64,000 nucleotides of DNA, taken from positions 43,923 to 107,922 of the forward strand of contig CAZTIV010000001.1 of assembly GCA_964613905.1 (NCBI GenBank), read 5' to 3'. Below, in pieces: positions 47,874 through 58,345 of the stretch; the stretch's first letter is position 1; each line of letters begins with the position of its first letter. The notes below the pieces were generated by a model that worked only from the letters and a program-made list of their open reading frames with translations, ran no database searches and was not told where the DNA came from. The position numbers and the translations under genes were made by a program. The stretch is from an uncultured Gemmatimonadaceae bacterium (GTDB lineage: Bacteria; Gemmatimonadota; Gemmatimonadetes; Gemmatimonadales; GWC2-71-9).

Positions 47874-49337
47874 ATGAATCCACGTACGAATCTGGCCTTT
47901 GTGGCGCTACTTGGTCTTGCGGCTTGCGCTGTGGAGCAGCCGGCAGGGCTCGTTGAAGAGGCGCCATCGTTCTCAGCTGCGGGCGTTGAACACGAAGGGC
48001 ACATTGTGATGTTCAACAGTCTGCGAGGCGTACCGGCCAACTTTGCCGGTCAGGTAGCCTCGCTGGGCGGAACTGTCACCTTCTCGCTGGATGAAATCGG
48101 TGTTGCCTCCGTAACCGGTCTGTCGGACGACGCCCTTGCCACTCTCGCCCGGCGCAACGACGTACGCCACGTGTTCCCGGATGAGATCTTCCAGCTCGAA
48201 CTGCCGGATGAGGTGGAGTTCGAGGCTGCCGGCGAAGTTGCGAATGCGGATGCCCCACATCTGGCCAGCCAATACGCCCGCCAGTGGAACATGCGCGCAA
48301 TTCAGGCGGATGTAGCGTGGGCCGGCGGGCACCTGGGATCGCCGGATGTGACGGTAGCGATCCTGGACACCGGACTCGACTACACGTACCCCGACCTGGT
48401 CGGGGTCGTGGACCTCAGCCGGTCGGCATCATTCATCACCTCGCCTGATCCAGCGCTGATCGCCGCAAACTTCCCGGGGGCCCATCCGGTGGCAGATCTC
48501 CATTGGCACGGCACACATGTGGGATCGACCGTAGCCAGCCAGGCTCTGGTCACGGCCGGTGTGACGTCCAAGACCACGCTCATAGGAGTCAAGGTGTGCA
48601 ACGTCAACGGATCGTGCCCCACCAGCGGCGTTCTGGCGGGAATCATATACGCTGCCGATCAGGGAGCGGATATCATCAACATGAGCCTTGGCGGACTCTT
48701 CCTGAAGCGCACGAACCCCGGTTTCGTGGCAACCATCAACCGGGTGTTCAATTACGCTTACCGCCAGGGCACCTTGATCGTCACATCAGCAGGCAACAGC
48801 TGCGCCGACCTGGATCGGGATATCGTACCTCAGGGGGCTTCGAACATCCGCCCCTGCAACAGAACCCCCATACACTTCCCGAGCCTCTTCGCCTCGTACT
48901 GCAATGCTCCGAATGCAGTCTGCGTTTCCGCACTCGGACCCTCGGCTGGGGCGAGTGTGACAGGGCCGTGGGCAAACGTTGACGGCCTGACCGACTACAG
49001 CAATTACGGACGCTCTGCCATCGATGTCTCGGCACCGGGCGGGACATCAGGACAGATCGGCACGCCCGGAGCCGTCTGGGCCGGGTGCTCCCGGTTCAGT
49101 TTCCAGGTGCCGGTATGCCGGACAGGTATCTTCATCATCGGAGCCAGTGGTACCAGCATGGCGTCGCCCCACGCAGCCGGTGTGGCCGCACTGCTCGCGG
49201 CCCACTACGGGCGGAGCAATCCCTCTCGCATCAAGACCGCCCTCCAGCAGACTGCCGACGACCTGGGGGATCCCGGGACGGATCCCTACTACGGCAAGGG
49301 ACGCGTGAACGCGGCACGGGCAGCTGGAGTGAACTGA
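47874..49337 (+). CDS. S8 family (subtilisin-like) serine peptidase, lipoprotein/secreted
   Basis: GGGAGGG RBS upstream. Signal peptide MNPRTNLAFVALLGLAAC. Catalytic triad contexts AILDTGLD, HGTHVGST and GTSMASPHAAG. Confidence 0.9.
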   Translation: MNPRTNLAFVALLGLAACAVEQPAGLVEEAPSFSAAGVEHEGHIVMFNSLRGVPANFAGQVASLGGTVTFSLDEIGVASVTGLSDDALATLARRNDVRHVFPDEIFQLELPDEVEFEAAGEVANADAPHLASQYARQWNMRAIQADVAWAGGHLGSPDVTVAILDTGLDYTYPDLVGVVDLSRSASFITSPDPALIAANFPGAHPVADLHWHGTHVGSTVASQALVTAGVTSKTTLIGVKVCNVNGSCPTSGVLAGIIYAADQGADIINMSLGGLFLKRTNPGFVATINRVFNYAYRQGTLIVTSAGNSCADLDRDIVPQGASNIRPCNRTPIHFPSLFASYCNAPNAVCVSALGPSAGASVTGPWANVDGLTDYSNYGRSAIDVSAPGGTSGQIGTPGAVWAGCSRFSFQVPVCRTGIFIIGASGTSMASPHAAGVAALLAAHYGRSNPSRIKTALQQTADDLGDPGTDPYYGKGRVNAARAAGVN

Positions 49338-49365
49338 CACAGACGCCTGACGCTCAAGCTGCAGG

Positions 49366-49403
49366 ACAGCCCGTCCGGACCATCGTCCGGGCGGGCTGTT
49401 TCG
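49366..49403 (+). terminator. Rho-independent-type terminator after the S8 peptidase gene
   Basis: ACAGCCCGTCCGGAC-catc-GTCCGGGCGGGCTGT forms a 15-bp stem with one G-U pair, followed by TTTCG (a short U-tract). It starts 29 nt after the stop codon. Confidence 0.6.
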
Positions 49404-49454
49404 CCCCACCGCTCCCGTTTCCCCTTCACAGCCATCCCCTTACCTTTGATAGCG

Positions 49455-50630
49455 ATGCACAGGCCCCTCGTATACCTCGACAACGCCGCCACCACGCCGG
49501 TCCGGCTGGAAGTGCGGGAAGCAATGCTGCCGTTTCTGGGTGACGAGGCGTTCGGGAACCCCAGTTCGGCCCATCGTCATGGCCGAGCTGCACGCGCCGC
49601 CCTGGAAGAAGCTCGACGCCGCGTGGCAACCGCCGTGGGCACCGAACCCGGCCACGTGATCTTCACGAGCGGTGGCACCGAGGCCGACAATCTGGCCATT
49701 CTGGGAGCGGCACTGGCTTGCCGAGCCCGCGGCGGGCCGTTCCGGGTGGCCGTGAGCGCAATCGAGCACAAGGCGGGCCTTGGCGCGGGCCACGCCGTCG
49801 AGGCACTTGGCGGCGAGATGGTCGAGCTACCCCTGGACTTGACGGGTATGGTGGATACCGACGCGCTCGACAAGGTACTCGCTTCAGGCGTAGCGATAGT
49901 GAGCGTCATGTGGGTCAACAACGAAACCGGCGTGGTGCAGGATGTACATCAACTGGCCAAGCGATGTCATGCCGCCGGCGTTTCATTCCATACGGATGGC
50001 GTACAGGCGCTGGGCAAGATTCCGGTTGATCTCCGCACTCTCCCCGGCGTCTTGCTCACGATCTCAGGTCACAAGATAGGTGGTCCCAAGGGAGTTGGAG
50101 CCCTCATTCTCCCTGATCCGGCGGCCGTGGCTCCCCTGGTGCATGGTGGTGGGCAGCAGTCCGGCGTCCGACCCGGGACTGAGAACGTGCCCGGGATCGT
50201 CGGTTTCGGTCGGGCGGCGGAATTGGCGGCTCAGGAGCAGGCGGAAGCAGCCGAACACACGAGAACGTTGCGGGACACGTTCGAGCTGGGCGTTCTGTCG
50301 TCGATCCAGGATGCCGTCGTAAACGGCGCGGCTGCCCAGCGAGCGCCGCACATTTCGAGTATCGCCATCCCCGGCACCGACAGCGAGGCCATGCTGATGC
50401 ACCTCGACCTGGCCGGGATCTGTTGTTCCTCCGGCTCAGCCTGCAGCACGGGCTCGGTGTCGCCGTCGCACGTTCTCACCGCTCTTGGTGTACCTCCGGA
50501 GGTGGCCATCGCCTCGCTCCGTTTTTCCTTTGATAAACGGAACACCACAGACGATGTCGATCACGTACTGGCCAGGCTGCCGAAGATCGTGGAAAAGGTG
50601 CGTCGTCTCGCCGAGGTGCTGAAGAGATGA
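49455..50630 (+). CDS. Cysteine desulfurase (IscS/NifS class I)
   Basis: [12 protein letters not shown]-lysine [10 protein letters not shown] and active-site loop [10 protein letters not shown]. Alternative TTG start at 49446. Confidence 0.9.
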   Translation: MHRPLVYLDNAATTPVRLEVREAMLPFLGDEAFGNPSSAHRHGRAARAALEEARRRVATAVGTEPGHVIFTSGGTEADNLAILGAALACRARGGPFRVAVSAIEHKAGLGAGHAVEALGGEMVELPLDLTGMVDTDALDKVLASGVAIVSVMWVNNETGVVQDVHQLAKRCHAAGVSFHTDGVQALGKIPVDLRTLPGVLLTISGHKIGGPKGVGALILPDPAAVAPLVHGGGQQSGVRPGTENVPGIVGFGRAAELAAQEQAEAAEHTRTLRDTFELGVLSSIQDAVVNGAAAQRAPHISSIAIPGTDSEAMLMHLDLAGICCSSGSACSTGSVSPSHVLTALGVPPEVAIASLRFSFDKRNTTDDVDHVLARLPKIVEKVRRLAEVLKR

Positions 50631-51694
50631 GCGCAAGAGTCCTGGTGGCCATGTCCGGCGGAGTAGACAGCTCCGTTGCCGCTGCCCTCCTGGTCGATCA
50701 GGGACATGACGTCGTGGGAGCCACGATGAAGCTCTTCTGCTACGGCGATTCCGTGCCCGACCGGCCGTGCTGTTCGCTCGACTCCATTGCCGACGCGCGG
50801 AGCGTCGCGCATCGGCTTGGCATACCGCATTACGTGTTGAACCTGGAAGACCGTTTCAGCCGGCAAGTGATAGCCAACTTCGTGGACGAGTATTCCCGCG
50901 GCAGGACTCCCATTCCCTGTGTGCGATGCAACTCATTTACCAAGTTTCGCGATCTGCTGGCCCACGCGGACGCGCTCGATTGCGATTACATCGCCACCGG
51001 CCATTACGTTGTGAGTCGTGATGGCTCATTGCACCGCGGCGTCGATCCCAACAAGGATCAGAGCTACTTCCTGTGGGGTATTGACCGGAGCGTGGTGGGC
51101 CGGATGCTGACGCCGGTGGGTTCGCGCACCAAGGAGGAGACCAGGGCGGCGGCGCGCCAACTGGGACTGATCACGGCGGAGAAGCCGGAATCGGTGGAGA
51201 TCTGCTTTGTACCGGACGGCAATTATCTGGGTGTGCTGGAGCAGCATCTGCCGGCTGACGCTCCCGCGCTCAGCCCCGGCCCGCTGGTCACAACCGGCGG
51301 CGAGGTGGTAGGAAAGCATGAGGGGTTTGCCCGATACACCATCGGGCAGCGTCGCGGGCTCCCGGGCGGGTTCGGTGAACCCATGTACGTGGTGGCCATA
51401 GAGCCGGACACGCAAAAGGTTGTGATCGGCACAGCGAACGATCTCTTTGGCCATCACGTGGTCCTGGACGAGGTGAACTGGCTGGTTGAGACACCTCCGG
51501 TCTCCGGGTTCGAATGCGCCGTGCAGCTGCGATACAGAGCGACGGCCGTTCCTGGCCGCGTGGTGGAACCCGCCGGATCAGATGGCTGCGGGCTGGTGCT
51601 GGACCTAGCGGAGCCCGCCCGTGCAATAGCGCCGGGGCAGTCCGGAGTTCTGTACGATGACAACCGGCTGCTTGGTGGCGGGATCATCAGATAG
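50627..51694 (+). CDS. mnmA: tRNA 2-thiouridine(34) synthase
   Basis: PP-loop [15 protein letters not shown], then [18 protein letters not shown] and [12 protein letters not shown] overlap with the desulfurase stop. Confidence 0.92.
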   Translation: MSARVLVAMSGGVDSSVAAALLVDQGHDVVGATMKLFCYGDSVPDRPCCSLDSIADARSVAHRLGIPHYVLNLEDRFSRQVIANFVDEYSRGRTPIPCVRCNSFTKFRDLLAHADALDCDYIATGHYVVSRDGSLHRGVDPNKDQSYFLWGIDRSVVGRMLTPVGSRTKEETRAAARQLGLITAEKPESVEICFVPDGNYLGVLEQHLPADAPALSPGPLVTTGGEVVGKHEGFARYTIGQRRGLPGGFGEPMYVVAIEPDTQKVVIGTANDLFGHHVVLDEVNWLVETPPVSGFECAVQLRYRATAVPGRVVEPAGSDGCGLVLDLAEPARAIAPGQSGVLYDDNRLLGGGIIR

Positions 51695-51739
51695 CAGACA
51701 GACTGCCAAGCGGTTGAACGTCGAGCACCTGGAGGTAAG

Positions 51740-52099
51740 ATGGACCTCGTCGATCAGATAGCCGGGACAACCGGAACGGACCGGGACAAGACTCAGAGCG
51801 GGCTGGGTATCCTGCTGTTCAGCCTCCGTCTGGCAATAGACAGCAAATCCTTTGAAGCCATCAAGCAGGCGATACCCGAAGTGCAGACGTGGGCCCAGAA
51901 GCCACCGGCCGCCGCGCGGACAGGAGAGATGCTGGCCCTCTCCACCCCCGGGACGGTGATGCGCCAGCTGCATACCGCTGGTTACACCGACGATCAGGCG
52001 AAGACGCTGGGAAATGCCGTGCGAGCCGCGCTGGCCGACCGGCTCCCAGCCGATCTGTCAGCCTCTCTGGCAGGTGCCATTGAACGCGCCATTCCCTGA
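51740..52099 (+). CDS. Hypothetical small protein (119 aa)
   Basis: GGAGG RBS upstream of the ATG. No motif confidently recognised. Confidence 0.45.
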   Translation: MDLVDQIAGTTGTDRDKTQSGLGILLFSLRLAIDSKSFEAIKQAIPEVQTWAQKPPAAARTGEMLALSTPGTVMRQLHTAGYTDDQAKTLGNAVRAALADRLPADLSASLAGAIERAIP

Positions 52100-52148
52100 C
52101 CCCTGTCCCGGGACCGAGCCGGTGGCAAACCACAACGGAGACAACCTG

Positions 52149-55100
52149 ATGAAATTCCGCACCTCCCTGTTCACCTCCGGATTGCTGGTATCGTTCACCA
52201 CCGTGGGGTTGGCGCAGGATGGGGCCACCGCAGACACCGTTCCTCCAACTCCAGTCGACACGATCCGATTCGAGACGGACGAGGGAACGTGGATGAATCT
52301 GGACGTAAGTCCGGATGGACGGTGGATCGTGTTTGACCTGCTCGGGGACATCTACCGGATCCCCATCACGGGTGGACAGGCGGAGCTGCTGACCGGCGGC
52401 CTGGCCTTCGAACACCAGCCACGGTACAGCCCGGACGGCCGAACCATTGTATTCACGAGCGACCGGAGCGGTATCGATAACCTTTGGCTGATGGACGCCG
52501 ATGGAGGAAATCGCCGCCAGCTGACGAAACTGGACGATCACCTCCCCACCAACCCGATGTGGATGCCGGACGGCGAGTACATCGTCGCCAAGAGACACGT
52601 GCGGACCACGCGGTCCCTGGGCGGAGGCGAGATCTGGCTCTTCCACAGAGAGGGCGGTTCCGGTGTGAAGCTCAGGGACCGGGTTCACGTGGAGGCCGAT
52701 CAGAACGAGCCGTACCCGTCCCGCGACGGAAGATGGGTCTACTACAGCTTCTCCGGCCCCTTTGACTACAACCGTGACCCGCACCGCGGGATCTTCCAGA
52801 TCTCACGGATAGATCGGAGAACCGGACAGGTCGAGCCAGTCACCCGCGGTTCCGGTGGCGCGGTGCGGCCAACCGTCTCACCCGACGGCCGCTCCCTTGC
52901 GTTCGTGCGCCGGGTGGGGCTAAGGTCAGTCCTGTACGTGCGCGATCTCAGTACCGGAGTCGAGCGTACGGTGTTTGACGGATTGGACCGGGACCAGCAG
53001 GAAACCTGGACGGTACATGGCGTTTATCCCGCCTTTCAATGGACCCCGGACGGACGCCGGATAGTCATCTCGTTCGACGGAAAGATCCATGCGGTTGAGG
53101 CCGCTTCTGGCGAAGCTACCGAAATTCCGTTCACGGCAAACGTGACGCAGACGGTGGCGCAGGCGGTGCGCATCGAGCAGCGCGTCCCGTCTGACGTCCG
53201 TGCCCGGATGATCCGCTGGCCCGTTCTCTCGCCTGATGGTTCGATGCTGGTCTTCCAGGCGCTGGGCCACATATGGCAGATGCCCTACCCGGATGGTACC
53301 CCGGAGCGTGTAACCGAAGGAGACGCGTTCGAGTTTGCACCCAGTTGGTCGCCGGACGGGCGCTGGCTCACCTACGTCACGTGGAGCACCGATGACGGCG
53401 GGTACGTCTGGAAGGTTCCCGCCACCGGGCGGCGGCGCACACCGGTGCGGCTCACACGAGTGGCCAACCAGTACACCAACCCGGTCTTCTCTCCTGACGG
53501 CCAGTGGGTGGCATTCGTCCAGGGAAGCGGTGCAGCCATCCGTGGGACCAATCTGGGCGCAGAGATGTTCCTTCATCTGGCCTACGTGTCCGCGGACGGT
53601 GGTGACGTGAGCGAGGTGCTCCGCGTGGCCAACCGAGGATCCAACCGGCGCATGCCGCGCGTTGTGTGGAATCGCGATGGCTCCAGGCTCGTATTTCAGG
53701 AATCCCGCAGTGGCCAGACCATGCTCTCGTCGGTGAGGTTGGATGGTACGGATCTCCGGCACCATGCACAGAACGAGCGGGCTGAAGAAGTGGTGATGTC
53801 TCCCGACGGCATGTGGGTGGCGTTCAAGGAGCTGCACAACGTCCATGTTGCGCCGTTGCCGATGGTGGGAAGCGATCCCGTCAAGATCGAAGCAAAGGGG
53901 TCGGGTGTCAGCGTCGTGCAGCTCTCCAATTACTCGGGTGACTGGCTGGCGTGGCGTCCCGATTCCCGGTCTGTCACCTGGGCGCTCGGCCCGGCGTTCT
54001 ATCATCAGACGCTGGCCGATGCCTACGCGAAGCGCGACACCGCGGATGGTGGAGAGCAGGAGGCCGATGACTGGAAGGCAGGGAATGCCAAGGTCACGGC
54101 CCGGATCACCGAGATAGAACTTCGTGTCCCCCGGTCAAGACCTCGCGGCACAGTAGTCCTCCGAGGCGCCCGGGTTATCACCATGCGAGGTGACGAAGTA
54201 ATCGACCGGGCGGACGTGGTCGTATCCGGCGACCGCATCACCCGCGTCTGCCCCGGATCCTGCACCGGACTCCCAACGGAGGCGCGCGTGGTGCCCGTGC
54301 CCGACAAGACGATCATCCCGGGCCTGATCGACATGCATGCCCACATGGGGTACGCAGCGATGGACATCACTCCGGACCGTTCGTGGATGTACTACGCGAA
54401 CCTGGCGTACGGCGTCACCACCACGCACGATCCTTCCGCCTCCACGCAGGCCGTCTTTGCACAGTCGGAGCTGGTGGATGCCGGTCGCATGACAGGACCG
54501 CGGATCTATTCCACAGGGTTCATCATCTATGGCGCGGAGAACCCGAACAAGGCCGTCATCACGAGCCTGAACGATGCGCGGGCGCATCTGAGGCGTCTCA
54601 AGGCGGTGGGAGCCTTCTCGGTCAAGAGCTACAACCAGATGCGCCGTGATGCCCGGCAGTGGGTTATGCAGGCTGCCCGCGAGGAGAACATGCTGGTGGT
54701 ACCCGAGGGTGGTTCGATGCTCCAGCAGAACATCACGCACATCCTCGACGGCCACACCACAATCGAGCACGCCATCCCGGTGGCCCCCTTCCGGCACGAC
54801 ATGCTTACGCTGTTTGCGCAAAGCGGCACGGCTTACGTCCCTACGCTGATCGTGGGCTACGGCGGGGTCTGGGGCGAGAACTACTGGTATCAGGTGGACG
54901 ATGTCTATGCGAACGAACGTCTACGGAGATTCGTCCCCGGTGAAGTGCTGGATGCCAGGGCCCGGCGCCGCATGCTGGTACCTGAGGAGGAGTTCTACCA
55001 CAAGGAACTGGCCGCCGCGGCCCGTGATCTGGTTGAAGCCGGCGGCCACGTCCTGCTCGGCGCACATGGTCAGCTGGACGGAATCGGAGTCCACTGGGAG

Positions 55101-55379
55101 CTGTGGATGTTCGTTCAGGGAGGGATGACTCCAATGCAGGCTCTGCGTGCCGCCACTCTCTGGGGAGCGGAGTATCTGGGCCTGGGACAGGATCTTGGCT
55201 CGATCGAGAACGGCAAACTTGCCGACTTGGTCATCCTGGACGACAACCCGCTGGACGACATTCGTAACAGCGAGCGGATCGCCATGGTGATGAAGAACGG
55301 AGTCCTGTACGACGCCGGGATGAACGAGACCTGGCCGCGGAATGAACCCATGCCCGCGCTGCCGCGCGAGCGGCCTTAG
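52149..55379 (+). CDS. Secreted TolB-like beta-propeller (PD40 repeats) fused to a C-terminal metal-dependent amidohydrolase
   Basis: Signal peptide MKFRTSLFTSGLLVSFTTVGLA/Q. Multiple SPDG(R/Q)W(I/V/L)(V/A/T)F PD40-type repeats. C-terminal GLIDMHAHMGY (HxH) and ...GMTPMQALRAATLWGAEYLG...GSIENGKLADLVILD amidohydrolase motifs. Confidence 0.85.
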   Translation: MKFRTSLFTSGLLVSFTTVGLAQDGATADTVPPTPVDTIRFETDEGTWMNLDVSPDGRWIVFDLLGDIYRIPITGGQAELLTGGLAFEHQPRYSPDGRTIVFTSDRSGIDNLWLMDADGGNRRQLTKLDDHLPTNPMWMPDGEYIVAKRHVRTTRSLGGGEIWLFHREGGSGVKLRDRVHVEADQNEPYPSRDGRWVYYSFSGPFDYNRDPHRGIFQISRIDRRTGQVEPVTRGSGGAVRPTVSPDGRSLAFVRRVGLRSVLYVRDLSTGVERTVFDGLDRDQQETWTVHGVYPAFQWTPDGRRIVISFDGKIHAVEAASGEATEIPFTANVTQTVAQAVRIEQRVPSDVRARMIRWPVLSPDGSMLVFQALGHIWQMPYPDGTPERVTEGDAFEFAPSWSPDGRWLTYVTWSTDDGGYVWKVPATGRRRTPVRLTRVANQYTNPVFSPDGQWVAFVQGSGAAIRGTNLGAEMFLHLAYVSADGGDVSEVLRVANRGSNRRMPRVVWNRDGSRLVFQESRSGQTMLSSVRLDGTDLRHHAQNERAEEVVMSPDGMWVAFKELHNVHVAPLPMVGSDPVKIEAKGSGVSVVQLSNYSGDWLAWRPDSRSVTWALGPAFYHQTLADAYAKRDTADGGEQEADDWKAGNAKVTARITEIELRVPRSRPRGTVVLRGARVITMRGDEVIDRADVVVSGDRITRVCPGSCTGLPTEARVVPVPDKTIIPGLIDMHAHMGYAAMDITPDRSWMYYANLAYGVTTTHDPSASTQAVFAQSELVDAGRMTGPRIYSTGFIIYGAENPNKAVITSLNDARAHLRRLKAVGAFSVKSYNQMRRDARQWVMQAAREENMLVVPEGGSMLQQNITHILDGHTTIEHAIPVAPFRHDMLTLFAQSGTAYVPTLIVGYGGVWGENYWYQVDDVYANERLRRFVPGEVLDARARRRMLVPEEEFYHKELAAAARDLVEAGGHVLLGAHGQLDGIGVHWELWMFVQGGMTPMQALRAATLWGAEYLGLGQDLGSIENGKLADLVILDDNPLDDIRNSERIAMVMKNGVLYDAGMNETWPRNEPMPALPRERP

Positions 55380-55388
55380 GAGGTCCGC

Positions 55389-55763
55389 TTGCGCGTATTC
55401 GTCGCTCGGGCTCTGATCACCGCGTTCGGCCTCTGGATTGCCGACCTTCTCCTGCCGGGCATCCGTTTCGATGGGGCGCTGCCGCTGTTCCTTGCGGCGC
55501 TGCTCCTTGGAGTAGTGAACGCGATCGTGAGACCCATCGTGGTATTGCTCACTCTTCCCATTACGCTGGTAACGCTGGGACTGTTCCTGTTCGTGATCAA
55601 TGGCGCGATGCTGCTGCTCGTGTCGACTCTTCTCGGAGCGTTCCACGTGGAAGGGCTGGGCTCCGCGATCCTGGCTTGGCTGATTGTTGCGCTCGTGGGT
55701 TGGGGGGCAAATGCGTGGGTGGGAACGGACGGAAAGGTCGTGGTGACGAGGGAGATACGGTAG
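55389..55763 (+). CDS. Phage-holin-4_2 / YvlD-family small membrane protein
   Basis: 124 aa, 4 TM. LLPGIRFDG...VNAIVRPIVVLLTLPITLVTLGLFLFVINGAML is the family signature. TTG start preceded by AGGAGG. Confidence 0.75.
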   Translation: MRVFVARALITAFGLWIADLLLPGIRFDGALPLFLAALLLGVVNAIVRPIVVLLTLPITLVTLGLFLFVINGAMLLLVSTLLGAFHVEGLGSAILAWLIVALVGWGANAWVGTDGKVVVTREIR

Positions 55764-55767
55764 TCCG

Positions 55768-56418
55768 TCAGGGCGCCAGCCGCTCAATCCTCCACCCACC
55801 ACCCTCGCGGACATACCTCAACCGATCATGCAACCGGTTCACCCTGCCCTGCCAGAACTCCAGCGCCACCGGCACGAGCCGGTAGCCCCCCCAGTGAGGA
55901 GGCGGGGGCACATCACCGCGCGCATACTGCTCCGACACAGCCTGCATCCGGGCCTCGAGATCTGACCGATCGGGAATGACCTCGCTCTGCGGAGAGGCCC
56001 ACGCCGCGAGCTGCGCCTCGCGGGGCCGGGTCCGGAAGTAGGCGTCGGATTCCTCCTCTGCCACCCGCTCTACGGTTCCCGCGATGCGCACCTGCCGCTC
56101 GAAGGCAGGCCAGTAGAACATCAGCTCCGCTCGGGGGCTGGCTGCGAGCTCCCGGGCCTTCCTGCTCTCATAGTTGGTGAAGAAGACGAACCCGCGCGCA
56201 TCGAAGTCCTTGAGCAGCACCATCCGCACGGATGGCGCCCCGTCGGCCGCGACTGTAGCAAGCGCCATGGAATTCGCGTCCGTAATCCCGGCATTCAGAG
56301 CATCGCGGAACCAGCGATCAAACTGACTCACCGGATCGGGAGACAGGTCACGCTCGGAGAGTTCGGCCCGGCCGTACTCGCGGCGCAGATCACCGGGATC
56401 GGAAGAAGCGGGAGGCAT
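55768..56418 (-). CDS. pdxH: Pyridoxamine 5'-phosphate oxidase
   Basis: The C-terminus [30 protein letters not shown] and the motifs MALATV...P..RMVLLK are typical PdxH. Start at the internal ATG 56418. Confidence 0.9.
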   Translation of the reverse strand: MPPASSDPGDLRREYGRAELSERDLSPDPVSQFDRWFRDALNAGITDANSMALATVAADGAPSVRMVLLKDFDARGFVFFTNYESRKARELAASPRAELMFYWPAFERQVRIAGTVERVAEEESDAYFRTRPREAQLAAWASPQSEVIPDRSDLEARMQAVSEQYARGDVPPPPHWGGYRLVPVALEFWQGRVNRLHDRLRYVREGGGWRIERLAP

Positions 56419-56486
56419 TGAATGCCAAATCTGTCGCGGCGCGGCAAACCGGGTCAAGTTCCGGCCCGGACGCATATATTACGGGG

Positions 56487-57275
56487 ATGATGCGAAAGCT
56501 TCTGGTTCTCGCGGCCTTTGCCCTTACAGCATGTGATACCCCCGCCCCTGTAGCGCAACCGATCTTCGTCAACGGACGCGCAGCGATAAACGTGGGAGAC
56601 TCGCTGTTCGCGGCGCCGTCCCAGGAAGCAGCCGGCGCCGTCGTGTTCAACCGTGCCGGACGGGTAGTGGATACGATAGGCGTTGGTGAGGTCGATCGAC
56701 CGGGTCGCGTTCAATTCGCAGGCGGGCGCTGGTACATATCCGACGTGCTTGACGAGCAACCGTCCGTAGTGATGTTCGGCATGGATGGTTCCCTGGAACG
56801 GCGGGTCGACCTGGCCGGAATCGCGATGCGGCCGCACCAGTTCGCCGTGCTCGGCGACGGTGCCCTCGTGGTGGAGGCCGCGGACCGGCGGTTGGTGGTC
56901 TTGCGTGGTGACAGCATCGACACATTTGCCCTGGTCGAGGCGGGCCCCCGTCCCAGCATCCTCACGGGAATCGGTGGCGGCGTTCTCCACGCAGTACCGG
57001 ATCGGGCCATCACGTTCTACAACGGCCTGGGCGGCGTACGCTGGCGGCTGGAGTGGCCATGGGTGGAGACCGCGTTTGTGAGCGACGTCACCGCCGACGG
57101 CAGGGGCCGCATCCACGTCATATCGGGCGTGGGTGGTGAGGATGCATTCATCACCTACTCGCTGGCTCCCGCTACCGGAGAGGTAGTGCGCTGGTCCTCC
57201 CCCACCCCCCTCAATACCTTTGCCGTAGGCCGCCTCGGTGACGTGACCGGCACCGATCGGTGGTCTATACGGTAA
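56487..57275 (+). CDS. Hypothetical lipoprotein
   Basis: MMRKLLVLAAFALTAC has a lipobox. The rest is beta-rich. Its 3' end overlaps the dnaJ 3' end by 11 nt. Confidence 0.55.
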   Translation: MMRKLLVLAAFALTACDTPAPVAQPIFVNGRAAINVGDSLFAAPSQEAAGAVVFNRAGRVVDTIGVGEVDRPGRVQFAGGRWYISDVLDEQPSVVMFGMDGSLERRVDLAGIAMRPHQFAVLGDGALVVEAADRRLVVLRGDSIDTFALVEAGPRPSILTGIGGGVLHAVPDRAITFYNGLGGVRWRLEWPWVETAFVSDVTADGRGRIHVISGVGGEDAFITYSLAPATGEVVRWSSPTPLNTFAVGRLGDVTGTDRWSIR

Positions 57276-58335
57276 GTCCGGCGGCCTCCGCCCACGCCTT
57301 GAACAGACGCTCCTCCTCCGTGCTGAGCTTGTCCGGAAGCTTCACCTCCACCTCCACGTACTGATCGCCGCGCCGCCCGTTGCGCTCGATCCCGTGCCCC
57401 CGGATCCGGAACTTGCGGCCGGGTTGAGTGCCCGGAGGCACGCGCAGCACGACCCTGCGCCCATCCACCGTGCGCACCCGGATCTTCGTTCCCAGCACCG
57501 CCTGCGCCAGGTTGATGGGTACAGTACAGTAGAGGTCCAGCCCCTGGCGTCTGAGGAACGGATCAGGCTTCACATCGAACGTGACGATCAGGTCGCCCGG
57601 CTCGCCACCGGCGCGCTGCCCCTGTCCCTTGAGCCTGACCTTGGTTCCGGACTCGGTTCCCGCCGCCACCGTCACCTTGAGCCTGCGCGGCACGGGCATG
57701 TCTCCGCGCCCCGAACACATGGTGCACGATTCGGTGGCCACCTTGCCGCGCCCACGACACGCGGGACAAGGTCTGGAGACGGAAAATGCTCCCTGCCCGA
57801 ACGTGACCATGCCACGTCCCTGGCACTCGCTACAGACGCTCACGCGAGCCCCCGGCGCCGCCCCTGAGCCGCCACATGTGGGACAGGCTTCGTTCGTCTG
57901 CACCGTGACCGGAACACTGCCACCCAGAGCCGCAACCTTGAACGGTACCTGGACCGTAATCTCCAGCGGCTCCGGTGCATCGCTCTTCCGCCCGCGCCCG
58001 AATATCGACGAGAAGATGTCGCCCAGACCGCCGAAGCCTTCGAAACCGCGCGTGAAGTCGAAGTCGGCCCGCCCGGCATCTCCCGGAGACCGCGGACTGC
58101 GCTGTGCAAACGCTCCGTACTTCCGCATCGTGTCATATTGCTTGCGTCGTTCCGGATCGCCCAGAACATTGTGCGCCTCAGATATCTCCTTGAAACGCTC
58201 CGCCGCCTGCTGGTTATCCGGATTTCGGTCAGGGTGGTGCTGCTTGGCGAGCCTGCGGTAGGCCTTCTTGATCTGCTCGGGCGTGGCGTTGTCGCCGATG
58301 CCGAGCACCTGGTAATAGTCCTTTACCGACGTCAT
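57265..58335 (-). CDS. dnaJ: Molecular chaperone DnaJ
   Basis: J-domain (DYYQVLGI...HPDRNP), G/F region, and four CxxCxGxG zinc-finger motifs (CPTCGGSG, CSECQGRG, CPACRGRG, CTMCSGRG). Start at the internal ATG 58335. Confidence 0.92.
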   Translation of the reverse strand: MTSVKDYYQVLGIGDNATPEQIKKAYRRLAKQHHPDRNPDNQQAAERFKEISEAHNVLGDPERRKQYDTMRKYGAFAQRSPRSPGDAGRADFDFTRGFEGFGGLGDIFSSIFGRGRKSDAPEPLEITVQVPFKVAALGGSVPVTVQTNEACPTCGGSGAAPGARVSVCSECQGRGMVTFGQGAFSVSRPCPACRGRGKVATESCTMCSGRGDMPVPRRLKVTVAAGTESGTKVRLKGQGQRAGGEPGDLIVTFDVKPDPFLRRQGLDLYCTVPINLAQAVLGTKIRVRTVDGRRVVLRVPPGTQPGRKFRIRGHGIERNGRRGDQYVEVEVKLPDKLSTEEERLFKAWAEAAGLTV

Positions 58336-58345
58336 GCCCTGCTCA

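Noticed and set aside
55389-55763. A phage holin family gene as a sign of a prophage
   Set aside because: There are no neighbouring phage genes (no integrase, terminase, capsid, tail or endolysin genes). This family (YvlD-like) is widespread as a chromosomal membrane protein.
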